A DNA stretch of 64,000 nt, taken from positions 6,885-70,884 of the forward strand of contig CACKOU010000005.1 of assembly GCA_902601895.1 (NCBI GenBank), in the 5' to 3' direction. The notes beneath the pieces were generated by a model. The model did not search any database. It was given only the letters and a program-made list of their open reading frames with translations, and was not told the origin of the DNA. The position numbers and the translations under genes were made by a program. Below, piece by piece: positions 1-9,815 of the stretch. Position 1 is the first letter of the stretch. Every line of letters starts with the position of its first letter. Origin of the DNA: an uncultured Pelagibacteraceae bacterium (lineage in GTDB: Bacteria > Pseudomonadota > Alphaproteobacteria > Pelagibacterales > Pelagibacteraceae).

Positions 1-357
1 GGTGAAATAGCAGATGGTGGAGTTTTGTTGCCATTTGGCGGCTATAAAGGCTCAGGAATAGCAATGATGGTCGAATTACTTGCTGGAGCCTTAGTTGGAG
101 ATAATTTTAGTTATGAGACGGCTGAGAAGGATACAGATGATGGTGGACCACCAAGTGGTGGAGAGTTTATTTTAGCTATATCTCCTGACAAATTTACAAA
201 TTATGATTGGGATAGTCATTCAAATAAATTCTTTGAGAAAATGAAATCAATCGGAGAGGTTAGGTTGCCTGGTGAAAGACGTCACAAAAACAGATTAGAT
301 ACTGGACCTAGAAATATTAATGAGGAACTTGTTAATAAAATAAAATCTTTAAGTTAA
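1..357 (+). CDS. Ldh_2 family (malate/L-lactate/sulfolactate dehydrogenase-like) oxidoreductase, 3' part only
   Basis: PFGGYKGSGIAMMVELLAG and C-terminal VRLPGERR motifs are typical of the Ldh_2 family; the frame is open to the window edge. Confidence 0.85.
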   Translation, partial: GEIADGGVLLPFGGYKGSGIAMMVELLAGALVGDNFSYETAEKDTDDGGPPSGGEFILAISPDKFTNYDWDSHSNKFFEKMKSIGEVRLPGERRHKNRLDTGPRNINEELVNKIKSLS

Positions 358-1125
358 TTCAATTTCAATTGGTGTGTGATCTGAAGGTTTTTGTCTTCCA
401 CGAGGAAATTTGTTAATTTTAACATCTTTCACAAGATTTATAATTGAGTTTGAAACTAAGAAATGATCAATTCTCATGCCATTATTTTTTTGCCATGCAC
501 CACTTGTGTAATCCCAAAAAGTATATCCTTCTTTATCAGGGTGGATATATCTATATGCATCATGAAAACCTAAACTTAATAATTCTCTTAATTTTTTTCT
601 TATCTCAAGTCTAAATAATGCATCATTTTCATATCCTTTAGGATTATGAACATCTTCTGCAGATGGAATTATATTAAAATCACCACCAATAATTATATTT
701 TCTTTTTTTTTTAAATAACCTTTTAACTTCTTAATTAAACTTTCTAGCCAATATAATTTGTAAGTATATTTTTCTGTATCAACAGGATTTCCATTGGGTG
801 TGTATATGTTTATTAATTTAATAGTTTTTGATTTATGTTTTAGATCTGCAGTAATAATTCTAGATTGTTTATTTTTATCTTTAAAAATATCTTTTTCAAT
901 TTTGTCTAATTTTTTTTTAGAAATTATCGCAACTCCATTATATGATTTTTGACCAAATACATAATTCTGGTAATTTGATTTTTCAAAGTCTTCGTAAGGA
1001 TAGTTTTCATCTTGAGCTTTGATCTCTTGCATCATTAAAATATCTGGTGAATATTTTTTTAGATACTCTTTAATATTTTCAATTCTTGCTCTTACAGAGT
1101 TAACATTCCAGGAACTAATTATCAT
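349..1125 (-). CDS. xth: Exodeoxyribonuclease III
   Basis: SWNVNS, QEIK, GGDFN, RIDH and SDH motifs; start moved to ATG 1125, which overlaps the upstream stop. Confidence 0.95.
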   Translation of the reverse strand: MIISSWNVNSVRARIENIKEYLKKYSPDILMMQEIKAQDENYPYEDFEKSNYQNYVFGQKSYNGVAIISKKKLDKIEKDIFKDKNKQSRIITADLKHKSKTIKLINIYTPNGNPVDTEKYTYKLYWLESLIKKLKGYLKKKENIIIGGDFNIIPSAEDVHNPKGYENDALFRLEIRKKLRELLSLGFHDAYRYIHPDKEGYTFWDYTSGAWQKNNGMRIDHFLVSNSIINLVKDVKINKFPRGRQKPSDHTPIEIELT

Positions 1126-1442
1126 TAAAGCGAGAAAGATACGCCACAACCACAAGAAGATTTACTTTGTGGGTTGTTTATTTTAAAAGAATCTCCGATC
1201 AATTCTTTTACAAAATCAACTTCAGATCCTTTTAGTAAATCAGCCGATGTTTTGTCGATAAGAATATTGTCTTGTTGTAGATCATCATCATTAGCAGAGT
1301 TATCAAATGAGAAATCATATTGAAATCCAGAGCATCCACCACCTTTAATAGCGATTCTAAAAAATGACCCTTTATCTTTTGATGATAGAAGATGGTTTAT
1401 CTGCTTTATAGCATTATCTGTAAATTTAATTTCTTTAATCAT
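1125..1442 (-). CDS. erpA: HesB/IscA family Fe-S cluster insertion protein (ErpA-like)
   Basis: GGGCSGFQY and SSCGCGVSF motifs; start at MIKEIKF. Confidence 0.9.
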   Translation of the reverse strand: MIKEIKFTDNAIKQINHLLSSKDKGSFFRIAIKGGGCSGFQYDFSFDNSANDDDLQQDNILIDKTSADLLKGSEVDFVKELIGDSFKINNPQSKSSCGCGVSFSL

Positions 1443-1492
1443 AATTAAACATTGATAAAAACAATATAATAATATTTTGCCATTTTTAAAGA

Positions 1493-2611
1493 ATGAAAAA
1501 TTACTCAAAATTAGGAACATTTGCTTCAAAAGGTAGACTGTTCAAAGAAGCGAGCAATCCTTTCAGATCACCTTTCCAAAGAGATAGAGATAGAATAATT
1601 CATTCTACCTCTTTTAGAAGATTGAAGCACAAAACTCAGGTATTTGTGAATACTGAAGGAGATCATTATAGAACCAGAATCACGCATTCCATTGAAGTTT
1701 CACAAATTGCTAGAACAATTGCTAAATACTTAGGTTTAAATGATGATTTAGCTGAAACATTAAGTTTAGCTCATGATTTAGGTCATACCCCTTTTGGTCA
1801 TGCGGGAGAAGAGTCCCTAAATGAATGTATGTATGAATATGGGGGATTTGACCACAACCTTCAAACACTTAGGATAGTAATGTTCATTGAAAATAAATAT
1901 TTTAAATTTGAAGGTCTTAATTTAACATTAGAAACATTAGATGGACTTATTAAACATAATGGTCCGGTAACAAAGCTAGTCAAAATAAATAATTTAATTG
2001 GTTTGAAAAATTTAAAAAATAAAATTAATTTTTCAAAAAACTCCTCACTGGAGGCTCAAATTGCATCTATATCTGATGACGTTGCATACAATAACCATGA
2101 TATTCAAGATGGAATAAAAGCTAAATTGTTTAAGTTAAACGATCTTAAACAAATCTCTTTTTTTGATGAAATTTTAAAATCATATAAAAACAAATTAAAA
2201 AGTGAAAATAATGATATTCTTGTATATCAAACTATAAGAGACTCTATAAATTTAATGGTTCAAGACTTAATAAAAACAACGACAAGAAACATTTTAGTGA
2301 ATAAAATATCTACAAAAAAAGATGTATCAAATAAAAAAAATCAAATTGTTGATTTTTCCAACAAATTAAAAATAACTATAAATGAGATTAGAGATTTCCT
2401 TAGAATAACTATGTACAATAATAAAGATGTACTAAAAAAAAATAACGAAGGAAAAAAGATAATTAAAAAGCTTTTTAATGTAATTAACAAAAATCCAAAA
2501 AAGTACATTAAAACTAAATATTTAAAAACTAACAAAGAAAGAGCTATATCTGATTATATTTCTGGTATGACTGATAGGTACGCCATACAATTATATAGAG
2601 CATCAAAATGA
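1493..2611 (+). CDS. dgt: dGTP triphosphohydrolase (HD domain)
   Basis: RDRDRIIHS, RTRITHS, AHDLGHTPFGH, DYISGMTD. Confidence 0.93.
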   Translation: MKNYSKLGTFASKGRLFKEASNPFRSPFQRDRDRIIHSTSFRRLKHKTQVFVNTEGDHYRTRITHSIEVSQIARTIAKYLGLNDDLAETLSLAHDLGHTPFGHAGEESLNECMYEYGGFDHNLQTLRIVMFIENKYFKFEGLNLTLETLDGLIKHNGPVTKLVKINNLIGLKNLKNKINFSKNSSLEAQIASISDDVAYNNHDIQDGIKAKLFKLNDLKQISFFDEILKSYKNKLKSENNDILVYQTIRDSINLMVQDLIKTTTRNILVNKISTKKDVSNKKNQIVDFSNKLKITINEIRDFLRITMYNNKDVLKKNNEGKKIIKKLFNVINKNPKKYIKTKYLKTNKERAISDYISGMTDRYAIQLYRASK

Positions 2612-4338
2612 ATATATTTGAGGAATACTTAAATAAAATTTTAGATAAAATTAAATTAGCAAGTGAAGAAAAGCTAATTTTATTACCTGAAAGTTTATCT
2701 GGTATAAATGTAGATATACCTCCTAAAAAATTTAAGTGCGATCTGTCAACTAATGTTGCAATGGTTTTATCTAAAACAAATAATGAACCACCAATTAAAA
2801 TTGCCGAAAAATTGAAAGATATTATTTTTAAAGACGATAATAATATTGAGAAGATAGAAATAGCAAATCCTGGATTTATAAATATTATTTTAAAAAAAGA
2901 GTTTTGGACTTCATTTCTTTTAAATATAAATAATCTTAATAATTTTGGTGCATCACTTAATGGCTCTAAAAAGAAACATTTAATTGAATTCGTGTCAGCA
3001 AATCCCACTGGACCATTACATGTTGGTCATTGTAGAGGTGCTATTCTAGGTGATGTTATCTCTAATTTGTTAAAATTTAACAATCAAGAAGTTGTAAAAG
3101 AATATTACGTAAATGATCATGGTAATCAAATTTTACATTTTACTAGATCTGTATATTTGAGAATAAAAGAAAAATTAGATAATCAAACCTTTCCACTAAA
3201 TGAGGATGATTTATATCCAGGAGAATACATCAAGGATATAGCCCAACATATTATAGATAATAATAAAGATTTACAATTTGATGATTATGAAAAAATTAAG
3301 TTAACACTTACTAAACTAGCAATTACAGAGTCACTTAAACTCATTAAGACTAATTTAAATAATTTGGGAATTATTCATGATAATTTTGCGAGTGAGACTG
3401 AAATAGTTGAAAATAAAGAGGTTGATAAGGTTATTGAGAAACTTAAAAAAGATAAATTTGTATATATAGGAAAAATCAAAGCTCCCGAAGGAGAAGACAC
3501 AACTAATTGGGTAGAAAGAGATCAATTACTTTTTAGATCAACAGATTTTGGGGATGATAAAGATAGGGCATTACAAAAATCTGACAACACATGGACTTAT
3601 TTTGCTGGAGATGTTGCGTATCATAATACAAAACTAAACAGAAAATTTGATAAATTAATAAATATTTTAGGAGCGGATCATGCGGGTTATATAAAAAGAA
3701 TTACATCTGTTGTTGAAGCATTATCTGGAGAAAAAAATAAATTAATTTGTAAAGTAAGCCAACTTGTTAAGTTAATAAAAGATGGCAAACCTTTTAAAAT
3801 GTCTAAAAGAAAAGGTGATTACATTACCGTTGAAGATTTAATTTCTGAAGTTGGAAAAGATGCAACAAGATTTATTATGCTAAGTAGAAGCAATGATGCT
3901 GAATTAGATTTTGATTTTACAAAAGTAAAAGAAAAATCCAAAGACAATCCGCTTTATTATGTTCAATATTGTTATGCTAGAATTTCATCGGTTTTTAGAA
4001 ATATAAATAAAAATATTGATGACAAGATTGATAATGAAAATAATAATATGCAATTTAATAATGAAGAAATTGAAATTTTTAAAAAAATATCTGAATGGCC
4101 TAAATGTGTAGAAATTTCCACTAAAAAACTAGAACCTCATAGGATCCCTGTATATTTATATGAGTTATCATCTCAGTTTCATTCCTATTGGAATATGGGA
4201 AAAGATGATGTTGAAAAAAGATTTATCAATGATGATAAAACAATAAATTTAGAAAAACTAATATTTTTAAAATCTATTGCAAAAACAATTAAAACTGGAA
4301 TGGATATTATAGGTGTTGATACACCTGAAAAAATGTAA
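2608..4338 (+). CDS. argS: Arginine--tRNA ligase
   Basis: SANPTGPLHVGH (HIGH), KMSKR, GADH, YVQY. Confidence 0.97.
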   Translation: MNIFEEYLNKILDKIKLASEEKLILLPESLSGINVDIPPKKFKCDLSTNVAMVLSKTNNEPPIKIAEKLKDIIFKDDNNIEKIEIANPGFINIILKKEFWTSFLLNINNLNNFGASLNGSKKKHLIEFVSANPTGPLHVGHCRGAILGDVISNLLKFNNQEVVKEYYVNDHGNQILHFTRSVYLRIKEKLDNQTFPLNEDDLYPGEYIKDIAQHIIDNNKDLQFDDYEKIKLTLTKLAITESLKLIKTNLNNLGIIHDNFASETEIVENKEVDKVIEKLKKDKFVYIGKIKAPEGEDTTNWVERDQLLFRSTDFGDDKDRALQKSDNTWTYFAGDVAYHNTKLNRKFDKLINILGADHAGYIKRITSVVEALSGEKNKLICKVSQLVKLIKDGKPFKMSKRKGDYITVEDLISEVGKDATRFIMLSRSNDAELDFDFTKVKEKSKDNPLYYVQYCYARISSVFRNINKNIDDKIDNENNNMQFNNEEIEIFKKISEWPKCVEISTKKLEPHRIPVYLYELSSQFHSYWNMGKDDVEKRFINDDKTINLEKLIFLKSIAKTIKTGMDIIGVDTPEKM

Positions 4339-4595
4339 TGCTAAAAGAGCTCAAATATCTATTTTATTTAATAATTATATTTTTCTTTCTATTTTTTACT
4401 CTAAGATATTATTTTTCAGACGACAATTTCAAGAAATCATATAGAGCAGTTTCAAGTATTGATGAAAAAATCTCATCTAACGAAAATAATCTATTTATTC
4501 TTAAAAATGATACGGACAACATTATTGAATATGTAGAATACAAAAATAAAAACACAAAAAAATATTCTTTTTGGGAATTATTATATAATGATTAA
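4338..4595 (+). CDS. Small membrane-anchored hypothetical protein
   Basis: 85 aa with an N-terminal hydrophobic helix; overlaps both argS and nagZ, consistent with translational coupling. Confidence 0.7.
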   Translation: MLKELKYLFYLIIIFFFLFFTLRYYFSDDNFKKSYRAVSSIDEKISSNENNLFILKNDTDNIIEYVEYKNKNTKKYSFWELLYND

Positions 4596-5538
4596 AAAAA
4601 CTAGAGCTTTTATATGTGGCATTAGTGGACATAATTTAAAAAAAAGTGAAGTAAGTTTTTTAAAAAAATATAAGCCATGGGGAATAATCCTTTTTTCAAG
4701 AAATATAAAATCAATCAATCAAGTTCAAAAATTAACTGGTTCGATTAAAAAAATATTTAAAAACTCTAATTATCCAATTCTAATTGACGAAGAAGGTGGA
4801 AGAGTAAGCAGATTAAGAAAATTTATAGATAATTCTATTTTTAGTGCAAAATATTTTGGCGATTTATATTCAAAAGACAAAAAAAAATTTGACATTTATT
4901 TCAATGTTTATGTAAAGCAAATATCTTATTTGTTAAGACTTATTGGTATTAATATTAATACAGTTCCCGTATTGGATTTAAGACGAAATAAGTCTCATAA
5001 AATTATAGGTGATCGATCCTATTCAAATGATAGAAAAACTCTGTCTAAAATTGGCGATATATCTATCGAAAAATTTCACGAAAATAGGGTTGGTACAGTA
5101 ATTAAACATCTTCCAGGTCATGGTTTAGCTAAAGTTGATAGTCATTATAAATTACCAGTTATAGACAAAGATCTAAAGTATCTTAAAAAATATGATTTTT
5201 TTCCATTTACCAAAAAAAAATCTGTTTTAGGTATGACCGGTCACTTGTTGTTTAAGAAACTTGATCCGATAAATAACGTTTCACATTCTAAAAAAATCAT
5301 AAAAATGATTAGAAGAGAAATATCATTCAAAGGAATATTAATGTCAGATGATATTTCTATGGGTGCTCTTAAAGGTAATTTAAAAAATAACGTTATTAAA
5401 TCTTTTCGTGCAGGTTGTAATTTGGTGCTTCATTGCAATGGAAAAATGAGAGAAATGAATGTGGTAGGTCAAAATTCACCTTATATCGATGATTTTATTG
5501 TAAAAAAAACTTCTAAATTAATTCAAATAATAAGTTAA
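4588..5538 (+). CDS. nagZ: Beta-N-acetylhexosaminidase (GH3)
   Basis: IDEEGGRVSR, KHLPGHG...DSH, SDD motifs. Confidence 0.93.
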   Translation: MIKKTRAFICGISGHNLKKSEVSFLKKYKPWGIILFSRNIKSINQVQKLTGSIKKIFKNSNYPILIDEEGGRVSRLRKFIDNSIFSAKYFGDLYSKDKKKFDIYFNVYVKQISYLLRLIGININTVPVLDLRRNKSHKIIGDRSYSNDRKTLSKIGDISIEKFHENRVGTVIKHLPGHGLAKVDSHYKLPVIDKDLKYLKKYDFFPFTKKKSVLGMTGHLLFKKLDPINNVSHSKKIIKMIRREISFKGILMSDDISMGALKGNLKNNVIKSFRAGCNLVLHCNGKMREMNVVGQNSPYIDDFIVKKTSKLIQIIS

Positions 5539-5548
5539 ATTTAAATCC

Positions 5549-6280
5549 ATGAGTGATTCTTTAGAATTTAATGTTGATCTTAGTAATTACTCTGGATCAT
5601 TAGAAATACTTTTAGATTTAGCTAAATCACAAAAAGTTGATTTGGAAAATATATCAATCACTAAATTAGCAGATCAATTTCATGATTTTATAACAAAAAC
5701 TGAAAATTTAAATTTAGAATTGGCCTCAGAATATTTGTTAATGGCTACTTGGTTAACTTATCTTAAATCTAAACTACTATTACCAGAAACAGAGGAAGAG
5801 GAATTTAAAGCTCTTGAAGTAGCAGAGAAATTAAAACTCCAACTTAAAAAACTTGAATTAATAAGATTATTGTCTTCTCAGATGTTGAGCAGAAAAAGAT
5901 TAGGCAAAGATATTTTTATGAGAGGTTCAAAAAGTGGAATGAGATCAATTTATAATTCTCAATATTCATTAACATTGTTTGAATTATTAAAAACGTATTC
6001 AAATATCGTAATGACAAAAGATTTTCAGAGAATGAATATTCCAAAACTACCAGTATTTACTACTGAAGAGGGTATTAAAGTCATAAAAGAGTTTTACAAT
6101 AATTTAAATGATTGGAAAAATATGACTGATCTAATTCCAAAAAATTTTAGAAATTCTAAAACTTTAAGTAAGACAGGTAATGCAGGAATTTTTGCTGGAT
6201 CTTTAGAGCTTGCAAAAGAAGGTAATATATCTATTAAACAAGATAATTTATTTGAGGACATATATATTAAAAAAATCTAA
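5549..6280 (+). CDS. scpA: Segregation/condensation protein A
   Basis: YSGSLEILLDL, ASEYLLMATWL..LKSKLLLP; paired with scpB. Confidence 0.92.
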   Translation: MSDSLEFNVDLSNYSGSLEILLDLAKSQKVDLENISITKLADQFHDFITKTENLNLELASEYLLMATWLTYLKSKLLLPETEEEEFKALEVAEKLKLQLKKLELIRLLSSQMLSRKRLGKDIFMRGSKSGMRSIYNSQYSLTLFELLKTYSNIVMTKDFQRMNIPKLPVFTTEEGIKVIKEFYNNLNDWKNMTDLIPKNFRNSKTLSKTGNAGIFAGSLELAKEGNISIKQDNLFEDIYIKKI

Positions 6281-6972
6281 TGAATAAATTAAAAAAAAAT
6301 AATGTTGTATCATTTCCATCTAAATTAAGTGATGTTGATAAAGAAATAGAGGCTATTGTTTTTGCAGCTGCAGAGCCTTTAAATATTGAAACTATTGAAA
6401 ATAAAATTTCAAAAAAGACAGATGTTGAAAAATCTTTACTAAAACTTCAGAATTTTTATTCTGATCGTGGAATAAATTTAGTCTGTATATCCAATAAGTG
6501 GTCTTTTAGAACTTCACCAAATTTATCCTCATTAATGTCTCAACAAAAAACTGTTGAAAAAAAATTATCAAAGGCTGCGATAGAAACACTTGCAATTATT
6601 GTTTATCATCAACCAGTCACTAGAGCTGAAATAGAAGAAATTCGTGGAGTTGCGTTTGGAAATAATACACTTGAGATATTGATGGAATTGAACTGGGTTA
6701 GACCTCAAGGTCGAAAAGATGCCCCTGGTAAACCTATTCAATATGGAACAACAGATGACTTTTTAAGTCATTTCAATCTCCAAAAATTGTCAGATCTTCC
6801 AACCGTTGATGAATTAGGAACCGCAGGTCTTATTGATACATCTAGTGTAGATGCGTCTATATTTGGAACAGGCAAATTCTATAAAGAAAAACAAGAGGAT
6901 AAAAAGGAAAATATATACTCTGATATAGATGAGATGCTTAATAGCACTCTTAATACCGATAACGATAAATAA
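6280..6972 (+). CDS. scpB: SMC-Scp complex subunit ScpB
   Basis: LSKAAIETLAIIVYHQPVTRAEIEEIRGV, YGTTDDFL. Confidence 0.95.
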   Translation: MNKLKKNNVVSFPSKLSDVDKEIEAIVFAAAEPLNIETIENKISKKTDVEKSLLKLQNFYSDRGINLVCISNKWSFRTSPNLSSLMSQQKTVEKKLSKAAIETLAIIVYHQPVTRAEIEEIRGVAFGNNTLEILMELNWVRPQGRKDAPGKPIQYGTTDDFLSHFNLQKLSDLPTVDELGTAGLIDTSSVDASIFGTGKFYKEKQEDKKENIYSDIDEMLNSTLNTDNDK

Positions 6973-7014
6973 AAAAATAGTTTTAAAACTAAAATTATAA
7001 GGTTATAAGTAATT

Positions 7015-7212
7015 ATGAGTATAGGATTTTGGCAAATTGCAATTGTAGTAATTTTAGTAGTATTACTTTTTGGTAGAGGTAAAATCTCTAGTCTAATGGG
7101 TGATGTTGCTAAAGGAATTAAAAGTTTTAAAAAAGGTATGGCTACAGATGCTACAGAAGATAGCCAACCAAAAAATATATCTGAAAATCAAGACTCAGAC
7201 AAAAAAGAGTAA
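7015..7212 (+). CDS. tatA: Twin-arginine translocase TatA
   Basis: TM helix + LFGRGKI + amphipathic helix (GIKSFKKG). Confidence 0.95.
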   Translation: MSIGFWQIAIVVILVVLLFGRGKISSLMGDVAKGIKSFKKGMATDATEDSQPKNISENQDSDKKE

Positions 7213-7215
7213 TCA

Positions 7216-7452
7216 ATGCCACAGATCGGCTGGTTTGAAATATTAATAATAGTATCTATTGCAATAATAGTTGTAGGACCAAAAGACTTTCCTGTAATGT
7301 TAAAAAAAGTTGGATCATGGATAGGTTCAGCCAAAAGATATTTTTCAGATGTTCAAAATCAAGTTACAGAAATAACTGATGTTTCAATTAAAGAAGAATT
7401 AAAAAAAAATACTGAAATTATGAAAGAGGATAAAACTAAAGATGACAGCTAA
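7216..7452 (+). CDS. tatB: Twin-arginine translocase TatB
   Basis: IGWFEIL...VVGPKDFP. Confidence 0.92.
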   Translation: MPQIGWFEILIIVSIAIIVVGPKDFPVMLKKVGSWIGSAKRYFSDVQNQVTEITDVSIKEELKKNTEIMKEDKTKDDS

Positions 7453-8215
7453 AAAAAAAGAAACAGGTTTTATAAGTCATCTTACTGAATTAAGACAAAG
7501 ACTAATACATTCATTTATCTTCTTAGCAGTATTATTTTTGGTTTGTTACTATTTTTCTGAATACATATATGGATTTTTAGTTGAACCTTACGCAAATGCT
7601 GTAAAGGATGATAATGTTGATAGAAGATTAATCTTTACCGCTCTTCAAGAAACATTTTTAACATATCTTAAAGTTTCTTTTTTTGCTGCTTTCTTTGTGA
7701 CCAGTCCATATATCCTTATTCAAATTTGGAAATTTATTGCACCAGGATTATATACCCATGAAAAGAAAGCAATTATGCCTTACTTAGTAATTACACCAAT
7801 ACTTTTTTCACTAGGAGGTATGCTTGTTTATTATCTAATTATGCCACTAGCATTTAAATTCTTTTTATCATTTGAAAGTGCGGGACTTGGGACTAGCTTA
7901 CCGATTCAATTAGAAGCTAAAGTAAATGAATACTTATCACTTGTGATGAAGTTAATTTTTGCATTTGGATTAAGTTTTCAGCTACCAGTTGTATTAAGTT
8001 TGCTTGCAAGAATAGGAGTTGTAAATTCAACTTATTTAAGAGAAAGAAGAAAATATTTTGTTGTAATAATATTTGCTGCTGCTGCAATATTAACTCCACC
8101 AGATCCAATTACACAAATAGGTTTAGCAATACCTTTGTTAATTTTATATGAATTATCAATTTTTTCTGTAAATATTATCGAAAAGAAAGCTCAAGAGAGA
8201 AATGCACAATATTAA
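7442..8215 (+). CDS. tatC: Twin-arginine translocase TatC
   Basis: HLTELRQR, FIAPGLY, FQLP, TPPD. Confidence 0.96.
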   Translation: MTAKKKETGFISHLTELRQRLIHSFIFLAVLFLVCYYFSEYIYGFLVEPYANAVKDDNVDRRLIFTALQETFLTYLKVSFFAAFFVTSPYILIQIWKFIAPGLYTHEKKAIMPYLVITPILFSLGGMLVYYLIMPLAFKFFLSFESAGLGTSLPIQLEAKVNEYLSLVMKLIFAFGLSFQLPVVLSLLARIGVVNSTYLRERRKYFVVIIFAAAAILTPPDPITQIGLAIPLLILYELSIFSVNIIEKKAQERNAQY

Positions 8216-9461
8216 GGATATTAGAAAAGATATCGATAATTTTAAAAATACAATTAAAAATCGAAACGTTGATGTAGACTTTGAACAAATATTAAATCTT
8301 GATGAAGAAAATAGAAAATTAATTCAAGAAAAAGAAAAATTAGAAATGGAAAAAAAATCTATTTCTAAATCTAAAGATGAAACCCTTTTTGAAAAGTCAA
8401 AAGAAATTTCAAATAAAATAGATGATTTAAGTAAAAATCAAAAAAATGTTAAAGACCAACTTGATCAGATATTAAGTAATATTCCTAATTTACCATTGAA
8501 TGATGTTCCCGTAGGTAAGGATGAAAACAGCAATAAAGAGGTTGTAAAATCTGGTGAAATTAAAGAGATGAGTTTTAAACCAAAATCTCATTATGAAATT
8601 GGTGAAAAGCTGAATATGTTAGATTTTGATTTAGCAACAAAAACAACTGGATCAAGATTTGTTTTTGTTAAAGACAAATTAGCATCATTAGAAAGAGCAA
8701 TTTCTAATTTTATGATTGATACACATGTCAATAATAATGGCTACACTGAAATCTCTCCACCTTTAATGGCTACAGACAATACTATGTTTGGAACAGGCCA
8801 ATTGCCCAAATTTGAAAATGATCAATTCGAAATTAAGTTTGATGATAAAAATGATAGAAAGTTTTTAATCCCTACTGCTGAAGTGATCTTAACTAATATG
8901 GTAAAAAATCAGATATTAAATCTAAAATCTTTGCCAATGAGATTAGTTGCATCAACACCTTGTTTTAGAAAAGAAGCAGGAAGTTATGGTAAAGATACAA
9001 AGGGCATGATTAGACAACATCAATTTTATAAAGTTGAATTAGTGAGTATTGTAGAAAATAATAAATGCGTTGAAGAACTAGAGAGAATGACTAATTGTGC
9101 CACTAAAATTTTAGATGATTTACAATTACCTTATAGAAAAATTATTTTAAGCACTGGTGATATGGGTTTTAGTGCAGAAAAAACTTATGACATAGAGGTT
9201 TGGCTTCCATCTGAAAATAAATATAGAGAAATATCAAGCTGTTCTTCATGTGGAACATTTCAGGCTAAAAGAATGAAAGCTAGATATAAAAATAATAATA
9301 ACGAAAATGAATTTGTTGGTACTTTAAATGGGAGTGGACTTGCCGTTGGTAGAACTTTAATTGCGATATTAGAAAATTATCAAACTGAGGATGGTTCAAT
9401 AATTATTCCTGAAAAACTAAGACCATATATGAACAATATGGAGAAAATAGGTATCAATTAA
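8202..9461 (+). CDS. serS: Serine--tRNA ligase
   Basis: LIPTAEV, FRKEAGS, RQHQF, EISSCS, TLNGSGLAVGR. Confidence 0.98.
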   Translation: MHNIKDIRKDIDNFKNTIKNRNVDVDFEQILNLDEENRKLIQEKEKLEMEKKSISKSKDETLFEKSKEISNKIDDLSKNQKNVKDQLDQILSNIPNLPLNDVPVGKDENSNKEVVKSGEIKEMSFKPKSHYEIGEKLNMLDFDLATKTTGSRFVFVKDKLASLERAISNFMIDTHVNNNGYTEISPPLMATDNTMFGTGQLPKFENDQFEIKFDDKNDRKFLIPTAEVILTNMVKNQILNLKSLPMRLVASTPCFRKEAGSYGKDTKGMIRQHQFYKVELVSIVENNKCVEELERMTNCATKILDDLQLPYRKIILSTGDMGFSAEKTYDIEVWLPSENKYREISSCSSCGTFQAKRMKARYKNNNNENEFVGTLNGSGLAVGRTLIAILENYQTEDGSIIIPEKLRPYMNNMEKIGIN

Positions 9462-9518
9462 GAGTTGTCTTCTAAAAGTATATAGTATAAATAATCGTTA
9501 ACTTTTTAAGGACTTAAC

Positions 9519-9803
9519 ATGGACGCAGGAATTGGACAATTTATACCCCTAATTTTAATATTCGTAATATTTTACTTTTTCTTAATTAGACCCCAGCAAA
9601 AGAAAGTTAAAGAACATAAGGCTATGGTTGAAGCTTTAAAGCGTGGAGATAAAGTTATTACTTCTGGAGGTATCGTTGGCACTGTAGAACGAGTTATCGA
9701 TAACGAAAAAGTAGAAGTTATGATAGCTGATAATGTTAAAGTTGAAATTGTTCGAGCTACAGGAATACAAGGACTAGTTACTAAAGCTGAACCAAAAAAA
9801 TAA
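9519..9803 (+). CDS. yajC: Preprotein translocase subunit YajC
   Basis: YFFLIRPQQK, GDKVITSGGI. Confidence 0.96.
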   Translation: MDAGIGQFIPLILIFVIFYFFLIRPQQKKVKEHKAMVEALKRGDKVITSGGIVGTVERVIDNEKVEVMIADNVKVEIVRATGIQGLVTKAEPKK

Positions 9804-9815
9804 TAACTTCCTAAA

